From Octopus sinensis (Eukaryota), in the NCBI RefSeq assembly GCF_006345805.1, contig NC_043007.1:46314001-46378000 (forward strand): a stretch of 64,000 nt of DNA, given 5' to 3'. Shown one piece after another: positions 14,761 through 27,099 of this stretch. The notes beneath the pieces were generated by a model. It had not been told where the DNA came from and ran no database searches. It saw only the letters and a list, made by a program, of their open reading frames with translations. Made by a program: the position numbers and the translations under genes. Numbering within the stretch: the stretch's first letter is position 1; each line of letters opens with the position of its first letter.

Positions 14761-15256
14761 TTATGAAGCCAAAGTTCGTTTTCACAGTCTTCGTTTCTGT
14801 TGTTTGTAAAGAATCTCACTTTCCGATAACTAGATAAAAAATGTATGGACACATGATATATGAGAGTGTATCATTCACTTTTGGTGTCAGAGAACTAAAT
14901 GTTTATACATCATTTTGGTAACTTTGGCCTTTTTTTTTTACATTTTAATTTGCGTTCTATATGTCTTTCTTACATTTTAGTTAAATGCCCCTTATATATA
15001 TGTCCCTTATATATATACTTCTTACAAATAGTGCTTGACATTATTGATTACATTTTACAAAACAACACGAACGGAAAAAAATTCATCAGGAAATTTATTT
15101 TGGTCTACATTTATAGTTTAAAGTGTTATAAAGCCAGGAATAGTCTTTGGGGAATCGTGTTGCATAAAATATTTACCGATTGATGAATGATGTTTATGCA
15201 AGTAACTTCCTATAAGAAATTTCTTTTTATATAAAATACTTTTTGAAGCAAGCTGG

Positions 15257-15599
15257 TTATTATTACCTCCATCTTCGCCAATGCGGAGGTATTGTTTTTT
15301 AGTCATGTTTCTTTGATTCTTTGTTTGTCCATAGACAAGATATCTCAATAACCGCTGAATGGATGAAACTTTAAGCGATGTTTGGTCTTGTGACTAGCAC
15401 AAACTGATTAGACTTTGAGATCGATTGAGTACCGGACACATATTCTGGATTCTTTTTTCTTTTTTTTGTTTAATTTAATTTTTAAGAGCGATCGGCTTCA
15501 TTTTTAGTATTCTCATTTGTGAGAGGAGTCGAGTTTATTTCAGATATTCTCGTTTTAAAAAATCATCTCTGTCTAATCGTTGTGAGGACATTGGTGTTG
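15257..15599 (+). mobile_element. Non-autonomous Helentron-like (HINE/DINE-type) element, 5' part
   Basis: Starts TTATTACCTCC...GGAGGT (subterminal inverted repeat), followed by a GTTT-rich tract and AAGATATCTC. The matching 3' end lies at 24330-24380. Confidence 0.65.
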
Positions 15600-16302
15600 T
15601 AGTCGAGTCAAATGATTCCCGGTTGTATTTGAATAAAAGAAAAGGAAGCGCAGAGCCTGGAACAAGGGAAAGCGAACGAGCAGAGAAAAAATGAAAGGCC
15701 AACAAAAGTTAGTGAAGGGATCGAGGAGCGAAGACAGAAACCTTTACCAACAATCAGCAAGGAGAAGAAAGTACAGAAGAAAAAGGAAGATGAAAGAGAA
15801 ATGATAACAATAAAGAATGAGAGACATACAGAGATAGAAATACCAGCAACAGTAGAAGAGACTGGTGAAGAAAATCAGAGAGGTATCGAAAGCAAAACAA
15901 GAAATATGATACACTACACAAAAAGTGTAAAGATAGAAAACAATTGCGAAAATGAAGCATGTAATTAGAATTAAATTGTCACCCAACGAGTTCAATGTAG
16001 GTTTCAAAGCTGATCTTCTGGAAAGAGCGAGAGGAGAAAGGTTAAAGGAATTGTGTGGTGAAAAGTTAGAAGTAACACCGGTACAGTATCGGGATCTTTA
16101 CCCTTTGAAAGGAAGATCGGGAAAATAATTTTTTGCAACTAAACACTTTCAAACTTTGGACACTGGTAGAATTTGTCATATAAAACATCTTTTACTTGTA
16201 GTGTTGTTGAGAAAAATTTGTATTTTCAAAGTTATGTCGTGTTAAATTTGTATTTCGGTAATTTCAACCAATCAATGACATGTATTCAGCTGAATAAAAT
16301 TA

Positions 16303-16545
16303 AAAGGGTAAAGACCCCCTTCGGTCATGAATGACCATGGGATTGCACCTAGAAAGTTACCCTCCTAGACACAAGTCCGGGCAAGGTTGTTTATGGAAGA
16401 CCAGCAGTCGCCCATGCATACCAGCCTCCCCTCTCCACGCCACCAGTGTTATCCAAGGGAAAGACAAAGGTCGATACAGCTTGGCACCAGTGACGTCGCA
16501 ACTCATTTCTACAGATGAGTGAACTGGAGCAACGTGAAATAAAGT
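16303..16545 (-). mobile_element. 5'-truncated SINE nested in the MITE
   Basis: GC-richer block ending GAGTGAACTGGAGCAACGTGAAATAAAG, recalled as a SINE central domain in reverse; it interrupts the MITE just inside the left TIR. Confidence 0.6.
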
Positions 16546-16840
16546 TACTGCAGTTGTTTATCAACTGCAGTAACTTTGAATAAAATTACTGCAGTTGTTT
16601 ATCAACAACAACTTCCGGTGGTGTATATTTCGTTTTTCGCTGTTATTTTTGACATATTTCATCTCAGTTACGTTTGTATGAATAAACGAGTGTATCTCAA
16701 GCTTGTTTATTTCACGGCACCACCAAAATCGTTCGTGCATTTCAACTGCTTTAGTTTATTTCCCTGTTTTTCAGCTACTATTTTCGGAAATACTTTTTTG
16801 CCCCCCCCCCTCCAATTTCTTCATTTTTCACTTTTTTCTG

Positions 16841-16930
16841 TAACTCTAACCCTAACACTAACTCTAAAACCCTAACCCTAATCCTAAACCCTAACCCTAA
16901 CCCTAACCTTAACTCTAAAACCCTAACCCA
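16841..16930 (+). repeat. Degenerate telomere-like (CCCTAA)n tract inside the MITE
   Basis: TAACTCTAACCCTAACACTAACTCTAAAACCCTAACCCTAATCCTAAACCCTAACCCTAACCCTAACC. Confidence 0.9.
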
Positions 16931-18362
16931 AAAAACTAAAGCTAAAACAATACAAACGCACGAACAATGTCATAAATAACAGTGACAGACGAAATATACA
17001 TCGCCGATAGTCGTTACAACGGTAGTAATTTTATTCAAATGAATACACGTCATTGATTTGTTGAAATTACCGAAGTACGACTACTTTAACACGAAATAAC
17101 TTTGAAAATCTAAAATTTCCTCAACAACACTACGAGAAAAAGAGGTTTTATATGACACATTCTACCAGTGTCCGAAGTTTGAAAGTGTTTAGTTACAAAA
17201 AATTATTTTCTCGATCTGCCATTCAAAGGGAAAATATCCCTGTATCGTTTTGACTAATTGCCGCCGGTGGTGGCATTCGAAAATTTAATGAAGTAATTGG
17301 TGTAAATGAGGCGTAAATAAGAACAGAATATTTAGTGACCTTATGTAAATTTTTTAAAAAAAGAGGAAAGAACGGAAAACCAACAGGTACAAGACAGAAT
17401 ATTGAACTGTTAGTAAAACGTTATATAAACTGCCAGCTTATGGATGGTAGGTAAGTCATTTCATGCCCATTTTTCATTGTATCCATAAATTCATACGATA
17501 TGTGATTTTATGTACCCCATTGTATTGTATTGTATGTACTTGTATTGTTCCCTCTCTTTAAGAGCCATGTGCTCAATAAAAGAAATTTGGACATTGGTGT
17601 TGTAGTCGAGTAATTTGATTCCCTGGTGCATTTGATGTGTGTTCGCTTCATGTGAGTTTTGTTGTTGTTTAAATTATTGAATGTCTACCGCACCTAATTG
17701 TTGTATTACTGAATTGTTAAATTTAGTGTTACCTGTTGAATATCATTTTCTTCTCCATTTATGGGTGAAGTTGTGAATAAAAACATTATGGAAAGTCAAC
17801 CATTGCCAGCAGGCAGTTATGCTGCAGTAATTGGGAATACTCTAACGGCAGATATCCTGCAAGTAAGAGAAATTCGACTGAACGACACAAATTTTAAGAA
17901 ATATGATGTTTACAAATGGAGGAAGACAGCCTGAGGCTGACGCCGCCCGAAGAAATTATGGAAAAAAAACAGAAAAAAGGGCAGTAATATACAGAACGCT
18001 GTCTATTGCTACAAAATGAGTTGAAATAGGTGCAGCAGAGGCAGTCGAAGAATGCCTGAAGGAAATCAAAAGCCTAACTGTATATAACGCCAAAGAAAAG
18101 AAATACGGCACAGTGGAGGTGCGCTTCGCGAGTGAACAAGAAGCGATAAAACACTCCACTGTGTCTTTGGGATCAACTGAGTGGGTACTTCTACCAACCT
18201 ACTGTTGAACACGTGCAGCTAGAGTGAGTAATGGTAGAGTGCCCCCAGAAATTGACGAGGCGTGGCTGGTGTCAGCCATCTTCTATAATACAAAAGAGGA
18301 AACTAAAATACTTAAAATCAATAAGAACTACGGAGGTAAACTGATAGGAATACGGCCTTGAG

Positions 18363-18683
18363 ATGATGGTCCATTTCAGTTTACGAGAGCTCCACATATT
18401 TGCAGAGGAATTAGTGTTACCGTACGAGACGAACCTAAGTGTTGTAGTGGAGGGAAGACCACCCATATGTTTTCAATGCGGAGTACGGGGACACATGAAA
18501 GCTAAGTGTCCTCAGAGACAGGAAGAAGAGGTGAAGGAGATGGAACAGCAGGAAAAGATAGACGTGCAAGGCATAGAGGAGCAGAGGCTAGTGGAAAATA
18601 TGGAAGAAACATACACAATGGTGAAGAGGAAGAAAAGACAAGAAAACGCGAAGTCACTACCAAAGAGTCCCATGAAGAAATGA
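18363..18683 (+). pseudogene. Gag-like ORF1 fragment with CCHC zinc knuckle
   Basis: VVVEGRPPICFQCGVRGHMKAKCP. Confidence 0.8.
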
Positions 18684-18974
18684 AAATGTAGTGTAGGGGA
18701 GAGACAAGGGTTACCAAAAGGATGAAAAGTGAACAAGCAGAAAAGAAACGAGATGTCGGCAAAATTAAGCCAGAAAGACGAAGAGAGAAAACAGAGAGCA
18801 ATACCAGCAATTAGCAAGGAGGAGAAAGTAAAATGACAGGAAAAAAGGAAGATAAAAGAGAAATGACAACAGCATCGAGTGAGAGACAAGCAGAGAAGAA
18901 AGAGGTGGAAACACCTGCAACAGCAGAAGAACTATGATACAATACAGAAAACATTTAGAAATTGAAAACAAGAT

Positions 18975-19143
18975 ACATTATTTACATTATTTACATTCGT
19001 CGATAGTTGTCCTCATCTTATTTTTTGATAACACAACGTTTCGGTTGATATACCTTTCAGCCTTCTTCGTATGTCGGGGAAATTTCGAACCTGGGTTCTC
19101 AATCCTAAGATGTTTTTCGATGTTGTTGTTGTTGTTGTTGTTG

Positions 19144-19214
<71 letters not shown>

Positions 19215-19290
19215 GTTGTTGTTCAGGTCACTGCTTGGAATCGAACTCGGAATCTTGGGGTTAGTAACCCGCACTCTCAACCACAGCGCC
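18975..19290 (-). mobile_element. tRNA-headed short element with (AAC/AAT)n linker and degenerate hammerhead tail, left inverted copy
   Basis: Minus strand: A box TGGCGCTGTGG, B box GTTCGATTCC, (AAT)n, then GACAT-ACGAAGA-AGGCTG..CAACC-GAAACGTT-GTGTT (19030-19075). Confidence 0.75.
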
Positions 19291-19420
19291 ATATGCCCGT
19301 TGGCGTAAAGGTTAAGAGCGCGGGCTACTAACCCTAAGATTCCGAGTTTAATTCCAAGCACAGACCTGATCAACAACAACAACAACAACAACAACAATAA
19401 TAATAATAATAATAATATTA
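19291..19420 (+). mobile_element. tRNA-derived head of the right copy of the same element (tail resumes at ~23670-23858)
   Basis: TGGCGTAAAGGTTAAGAGCGCGGGCTACTAACCCTAAGATTCCGAGTTTAATTCC is an inverted repeat of 19222-19290, followed by (AAC)n(AAT)n. Confidence 0.75.
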
Positions 19421-22400
19421 ATTGACGCTACAACTACTGGGGCTGCTGCTGCTAATGATGAAAAATGAGGCCCCAGACTCACAGATGCAAAATTAACCTC
19501 TATTAAAAAAGTGGTAGAGAATGACCTAAATGTGAGTCAGGAAAGAAATAACGAAGCTGAGGAGAGGAATGTTGGGCCACAAGCATTGACTGAAAGGCGA
19601 CCATCTGCCGAAACGACTCAAGATCCTGAAGAAAAAGGGAAATATAATGACACTAGAAAAAACAGCCCGGAAAATGATGTCGAAACAGCATTTAAAGACC
19701 ACATGTTTGTTGAACAACACGGTAAATCTATCATTGAAATGAAGCAAGAAGTTCTGAATGAGCTTGCAGTTGTAGGCCATACAACTATGAATGATAGGAA
19801 ATCACTCCATAAACTCTCAAATGCACACCAACATAAAACACAAATAAAAATTGGCAACTGCTTACACAAGAAATCACACACCAACTAACACGCGATCTTA
19901 ATAAATTAAATGAAATTATTTACTCTATCACTAAGGTAAAAGACGTTGTTTAACACCGAAAAAGCCAACAATACCAAATTCGAAAAGAAAATCAAACTGG
20001 AGGAGTAGAACTGAAACTGAAATTGAATCATTGCGAAGGTAGATATCAATATTAACTGAGCTAATCTCTGGAAATGATGTAAGATCAACAAAAGGCAGGA
20101 AGATTGTGAGAAAATATGGACACTCAACAAGAGAAGAACTAATGTCAGCGAAAGAAACACTTAAACAAAAAGTTCAAGCAAAAGCTCAGAGAATACGCAG
20201 ATTTGAGAAAAGAATCAAATTCTACAAGCAAAATAAAATGTTCAAATCCAATGCCAAATCATTTTACATGGAAATAGGGAAAGAAAAAATAACCATTGAA
20301 AATCCACCCCTAATGGAAGAAGTTGAAAACTTTTGGAAGGGGATCTTGAGTGATGACAAACCATACAAGGAAAATGCAGAGTGGATCAAACGCACCCAAG
20401 ATAACTACAAAAATCTACAAGAACAGGTATAGGAAGACATCTCAATCGCCGACCTAAGGAGAACACTAACGAAGGCTCATAAGTGGAAATCCCCTGATAT
20501 TGATAGAGTACCAAATTTATGGCTCTCATCACTCTTGTTCGCACACAAAATGTTAGTAATACTTTTATTTAATAGTATTACGAAAGACCAGAAAAAACAC
20601 CCCATTTGATGGCAAATGGTGTTACTTACCACCTCCCCAAAAATAACAAAAGGAAAGAACAAAAAACTACCGGTCTATAGCATGTTTATCTACTACCTAT
20701 AAGATTTTGACATCTATTCTAGTAGAGAAAACTTATGTTTATGGAAGAGAATAATTTCTTTCACACTGAACAAAAAGGATGCAGACGAGGCTCATACGGA
20801 TGCAAAGATCAGCTCCTAATTAATCGCATGATCCTTGAGAACTGCCATAACAAGCGCAGAAATCTCAGCTCTTCATGGATTGATTATAAAAAAGCCTTTG
20901 ACATCATACCGCATTCGTGGATTCTGAAATCGCTGGACATTTTCAAAATTTCTCCTGTGATTTCAGATTTTTAAAGTATATGTCACTATGGAATACGAAG
21001 CTCCAATTATATATTTCTAATGGAGTATTGCGCTCAAACAACATTAGCATAAACTGGAATTTTCCAAGGTGACTCACTTTCACCACTAATTTTCTGCATA
21101 GCACTAATACCACTCTCAAGTCAACTGAATAGAACAGGATATGGCTACAAAATTGACAACAGGAAAATAAGCCATCTATTTTATACGGATGATTTAAAGC
21201 TATATGGCAAAACTGATGAAGAGCTTGAAGGATTATTACATACCGTGAAAGGATTCAGTGGTGATATCGGGATGGAGTGTGGCCTTGAAAAGTGTGCCAA
21301 AGCCACTTTTAAGAAAGGGAAATTGGTAAAGTCTAGTTCAATCGAATTAGGTGTCGAAACAGTAATAAAGGAACTTCAGCAGGAACAAACCTATAAATAC
21401 CTAGGAACAAATGAAGGCTCTGGTATCTAGCATGCAAGCATGAACGAGAAGGTTAGGAAGGAATGTTATAGAAGAGTTCGAGCAGTCCTGAAGTCTGAGC
21501 TGAATGCATATAATAAGGTGTTAGCCAAAATTCCTTAGCAGTACCAGTTGTTCATTATAGCTTCAATGTGTTTAACTGAAATACCAGTGAAATAACGAAA
21601 ATTGACAGAAAAATCCACAAGCTACTGACTTGTAATAAGATGCACCATCCAAAGGCAGCCGTGGATCGCCTTTAGCTTCCCAGAGCTCAGGGAATTCGAG
21701 ATTTGATCCAGCTTGAACTTACATACAAACCACCACAATCGGACTGGCCAAATACCTTGAAGCAACCAACGATTGGATGCTAAAACTTGTTGAAAAACAT
21801 GAAAGACTGAAAAGACTTCACTCTATTCTCAAAGAGAGCAAAAAATTTGCTGCTAGTCTCTTAGATACCCACCATATTGATCAGGCTGAAGGAAATGCGC
21901 CAACTGCAGCTGCAAAGAAAATAAAATTATTTGCAAAGACAAAAGCACATGAAAATTTAGCTAGCAGATGGGAACAGAAACCTCTCCATGGCAAGTATGT
22001 GGCCCGTAGCAAACAATCTGATGTCGACCAGAAACACACGCACCAATGGTTACGAAGCTCAGGGCTAAAGCAGAGAGTGAAGTTTTCATATTAGCTGCTC
22101 AACACCAAAGCTTATTAACTCGGAACTACCAAGCCAATGTAATAAAAAATGGAGCTGACCCAAAATGCCGATTCTATAACGATGAGATTGAAACAATAGA
22201 CCACATAATCTCAGGGTGCAGAGTCTTAGCACCTGCAGAATATAAAGCAAGACATGACAGAGTCGGCCAGTATTTACATTGGACAATATGTCGGTATTAT
22301 AAAATCAAAACCGCTGACAAATGGTATAAACACTATCCTGAAGCTGTGATTGAGCGAGAAAATGTGTCGATTCTATAGAACTTCCCCGTACAGACCGACA

Positions 22401-22902
22401 AGACTATAACAGTTAATAAACTGGATATTATTATAAAAGATCAGACAAAAAAGATGTGTTTATTAATTGACATGAGTATCCCTTGCGATCACAATATAGC
22501 GGCGAAAGAATTTGACAAGATTAGTAAATATAAAGACCTGCTAATAGAAATTGAAAAAATGTGGCATATCAAGGCGACTACAGTACCAGTGATTGTAGGA
22601 TCTCTAGAAACCTAATTGAAAATGATTCCAGGTTTACTATCCCTACAGGAAGTGCAAAAAATCGTATTAACTGGAACGGCTCATGTACTGAGAAGAGCAT
22701 TATCGCTGTGAAAAAACATCCATCAATGAATTTATTTATTTATTAATTTTTAAATACATATTTTATATGTGAATTAGAGTGTGTAATCTGGGAATGCATA
22801 CATTGAACTTCTCTGTCCCAGGTGTATGGTAAACACTCGGCGAGAAACGGAAGAAAATTTGAAGAAAGAAGGAAAAACATAATAATGATAATAATAATAA
22901 TA

Positions 22903-22934
<32 letters not shown>

Positions 22935-22950
22935 TAATAATAATAATAAA
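19421..22950 (+). mobile_element. Near full-length decayed R4/Dong-type RLE LINE
   Basis: RT motifs [41 protein letters not shown] and YTDDLKLY; CCHC-type CRFYNDEIETIDHIISGC; RHD and KYKDL (RLE region); 3' UTR then (TAA)n. Multiple stops and frameshifts. Confidence 0.95.
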
Positions 22951-23597
22951 TGCCCGGATGCAGTACCAGGCAGTGGCTCTCATGGCTTCTAATCTTAACT
23001 GATTGGAAGTGTTATCATGTACGTTGTTTTGTCTTGGTATAAAAGATGGGCTACAGCAAATATTCTGCTCAATACCACAGATTTGCTTGTCAGTTGTTTG
23101 ACGTTAACCAGTTGAGCATGTCCCTTAGTGGCTGACGATAAGTGCATCTCTGATCACGAGCAGAAGTAGTGTGGGAGCATCATAGCCATGTGTTGAGAGG
23201 GATTCTTTGGGGTTTTAATAAGTCACCTCTGGAAACATGGATGGATCACAAGCAGAAGTAGTGGGGGAGCATCATAGCCATGTGTTGAAAGGAAATCTTT
23301 GGAGTTTGGATAATTCACCTTTGGAAACATGGGTGTTTCATTCAACATCCTTAAACAACCCTTATTCTGGGACCTTTTGAGCGGGATGGGCTACTCAACA
23401 TGAAGAAAATTCTAACTGGCCCCCACCTGCAAGGTCCTGTGCTGTTTATCTTGATATGAGATCACCATGTCGCGCACATATGGTTGTGATGCATGTGCCT
23501 GGTGTACCCTTATCAGACGGGTAGTCATGATGGGTATATTGGGCTTCGTATATTTTACCTCAGTGTCACTTTGATGGCATGAACTGCTCTCACTCAA
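22951..23597. mobile_element. Non-coding interspersed repeat flanked by (TAA)n, with an internal ~95-bp duplication
   Basis: Closely matches 61640-62090. GATCACGAGCAGAAGTAGTG...GGAAACATGG is duplicated at ~23152 and ~23245. Confidence 0.8.
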
Positions 23598-23636
23598 TAA
23601 TAATAATAATAATAAGAAGAAGAATAATAATAATAA

Positions 23637-23669
<33 letters not shown>

Positions 23670-23672
<3 letters not shown>

Positions 23673-23858
23673 CAACAACATCAACATCGGAAACTACTTT
23701 AAGAGTGAGAACCCAGGTTCGAAATTGCCCCAAGACACCTGTTGAAGGTTGGAGGGTATATCAGCCGAAATGTTGTGTTATCAAGGAACACGATAGGGAC
23801 AAATATCCGTCGAATGTAAATAACGTTCATAATTCCTCCTCTCTTAAATATAGAATTG
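23670..23858 (+). mobile_element. 3' tail of the tRNA-headed element with degenerate minimal hammerhead
   Basis: GAGAACCCAGGTTCGAAAT..GACAC-CTGTTGA-AGGTTG..CAGCC-GAAATGTT-GTGTT (23734-23779); homologous to 18975-19120(-). Confidence 0.75.
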
Positions 23859-24329
23859 AAAAAAGATCACAAAAATGAAAAATTTAATTAGGGTGAAATT
23901 AGCGCCTAAACTGTGCAATAAACGATTTAAAGCAGTCTTATTTGTAAAAGAGAAATGTGAAAAGTTGAAGGAACTATTCGGGGAAATGATAGTGATATCA
24001 GTGTTAGTTTCGATTCAATGAGTTGCCACCGGTGGTGGTACTTGAGGACATAGTGGAATATCTAATATAAAGGAAAGTGAGTGAGATATTTATCACTTTA
24101 AAATAAGGAATTTTTTCTAAAGTGATGAAAAAAGAATAATGATGTGTATAATACATAAACAGTAAACTGGAACTGCCTGCTCATGGAGGGCAGGTAAATC
24201 ATTTCATCTCATTTATAATTTATTCATAATTTCATCCGCTATATGTCTTGTGTACCCCACTGTATTGTTTTGTCTGTCTTTGTATTGACCCATCTTTATA
24301 AGGGGCTTTGTGCCTAATAAAAGAAATCA

Positions 24330-24380
24330 AGACGTTGGTGTTGCCTTGCCGGAGGTTTGCGTTCTCTGAGTGTTCTTGTT
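24330..24380 (+). mobile_element. 3' end of the Helentron-like element
   Basis: GACGTTGGTGTTGCCTTGCCGGAGGTTTGCGTTCTCTGAGTGTTCTTGTT: subterminal IR GGAGGT, a small hairpin and a CTAGTT-like end. Confidence 0.65.
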
Positions 24381-25329
24381 GTGATATATATTTTCACATA
24401 GAACAAAGAACTAATAGCAAGTTTATCTTAGAGGATTATTTACTATGCAATATTCAGCCTTTCGACTGCCTTCCAACACATCCCTCTCTCTCTTTCTCTA
24501 TCTTTGTTGCTCTCTCTTTCTTTCCCTCTCTCCATTTCTCTCTCTCTCTCTCTCTCGCTCACGTTCGCCCTCTCTCTCCCACACACTCTCTCTCTCTTTA
24601 TTTGATTAAAATCTGCTTGAATTGAATCCTCGTGCAGTAGCTGAAGTTTACCAGCTTATACATTTTCTCTTCTTCACAACACTCCCACATTCTTATTTCT
24701 CCTTAGTTTACATTGAGTGGCTTTTTTTGTTGTATGAATCATAATTAAGATTGTTGCACAACTAATAATAAAACTGCAATATACTATTCCAATGAAACGA
24801 TATTAGTAACATCCCTTCCTCTGCCAAATACAGATTTAACACTCTAATATCGAAAATATCTTAAGGTGAAGAAGCATTACCAATTGTCCCTTCATTGTGT
24901 GAAAGCAAATACCAATAGTTTGTTTGTGTACTCTTGAATAAGGTATATATACTCGACATCATCACTATTTACAAAAACAAAACTGCTTGCCGTGATCACT
25001 ATGTTCTCTTCCTCAAAAGACACGATGAAGATTTTCAACAGAAGAGATTAATTTCCTATCATTCATCCTAATTACCCAGTTACATTTGAATCTCTTATTA
25101 TATATAGTCCATCAGGAAGAAAGTGAGCGATTCGCTAAATACAGCTCCTTCTCTAGATGTGTGACATAAATCACTTTTATCTTGGGTACCATACAATTTG
25201 AGAATCTGCATTTATTTTAATTAGTGGAAATTGTTCAAAGCCTTGTTAAAGCCAACAACCAACTCATCCTGTCCATTCGAAGATTTCTCTTGGCGCTATA
25301 TCATGTAATGTATATTACATGATGATACA

Positions 25330-26055
<726 letters not shown>

Positions 26056-26857
26056 TTACATTATATATAAGGGCTTAGTAAAATAAATTACTTTGCCACA
26101 TACTGAACTCATTAGAAATAGCAGCTAAAGAAATTTCTTCAGCTATTTCTAATACTTAAAGAAGATCTCTCTCAGATAGTGTTTGCCTAAACTAACTCAC
26201 AAAAGTATGGGGGAAAACACATTAAAAAATCAAGTGCAAGGGTTATTTGAGAACGTACGTTTCTAGATTAGTCAATTCGACATTTCTTTCTTCAGCTCAG
26301 AATTCCTTGAATCGGATTTGGGAACACTGAAAGTCGGGAGCATACCCTTTCGGCTTCTAATCACCTCTAGAATTCTGCTCAAACTAAAAGTGCTATCAAA
26401 TTCGAATATGCAAGCGAAGAATTTCTGCTCTCCCCTTTCCACCAGCGTGGGTTAAAATTGACAAACACCATGTATTAACGGTGAAAACCGCAGCATTTAG
26501 CAGAGAATATATATATACGTATTTAGCATTTAGCAGAGTATATATATATACGTATTTACGCTTATTCCATTTGCTTATACACGTGGATCACTTACACATA
26601 CTTTTGTAATCAATTAATAAATAAATATATTTGAATGTTCACTAGTTGATATTTGTCGATTGTTTATCCTCTCCATTTTCCTATTTGCATTATAAATCCT
26701 GGGTAAATATCTAATTTACTCCCACGCGTACCTGATATTCAGTTGTGATATTGCCATGCAATAGTAAGCATTTGGTTATAAATACATAGGTACACATCCA
26801 GTAGTATATTGTATATGTCATACCCCTTAGATGGTTACTTAACCTCTAACTCATACA

Positions 26858-26902
<45 letters not shown>

Positions 26903-27099
26903 CAATTTAAATACATAACCAAAAGAGCTACTAATAGTTTCATGGTAATATGATACTTGACCAGGTATATTAAAAAAATATGCCATCTATCTGAAAGCAT
27001 CTTTTAGGCTCTTTTAACGCGTTACATATATTTTAAAAGCAAGGATGCTGAACAGTAAGGAAATAAGAAAAATACGTGGAAGAAAGTGAGGAAATTTAC

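Larger units (their letters stand above)
16091..17240. mobile_element. MITE with ~210-bp terminal inverted repeats
   Basis: GGGATCTTTACCCTTTGAA...GAATAAAATTA is inverted at TAATTTTATTC...TTCAAAGGGAAAATATCCC. Flanks AGTATC/TGTATC are a probable 6-bp TSD. Confidence 0.85.
15600..17588 (+). mobile_element. Gag/ORF1-only L1/Tx1-like element, copy 1 (internally deleted, interrupted by a MITE)
   Basis: 5' end TAGTCGAGT..GATTCCC and 3' end TGTACCCCA..TGTATTG..AATAAAAGAAAT are shared with copy 2. Flanked by the direct repeat GGACATTGGTGTTG. Confidence 0.7.
17603..24329 (+). mobile_element. Gag/ORF1-only L1/Tx1-like element, copy 2 (own sequence ~17603-18974 and ~23860-24329; nested insertions between)
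   Basis: Decayed ORF1 from ~17788 with zinc knuckle CFQCGVRGHMKAKC (CX2CX4HX4C) and an E/K-rich tail. The 3' part matches copy 1. No EN/RT of its own is seen. Confidence 0.75.

Noticed and set aside
16841-16930. True telomere or chromosome fusion site
   Set aside because: Short, degenerate and enclosed by MITE TIRs.
19222-19370. Genuine tRNA genes
   Set aside because: A/B boxes are present but there is no proper acceptor stem, and they run into microsatellite and repeat tails; treated as SINE heads.
19421-19480. HDV-like ribozyme at the LINE 5' end (CTGGGGC...GCTAATG...GCCCCAG)
   Set aside because: Only a simple hairpin is evident; the full fold cannot be assembled.
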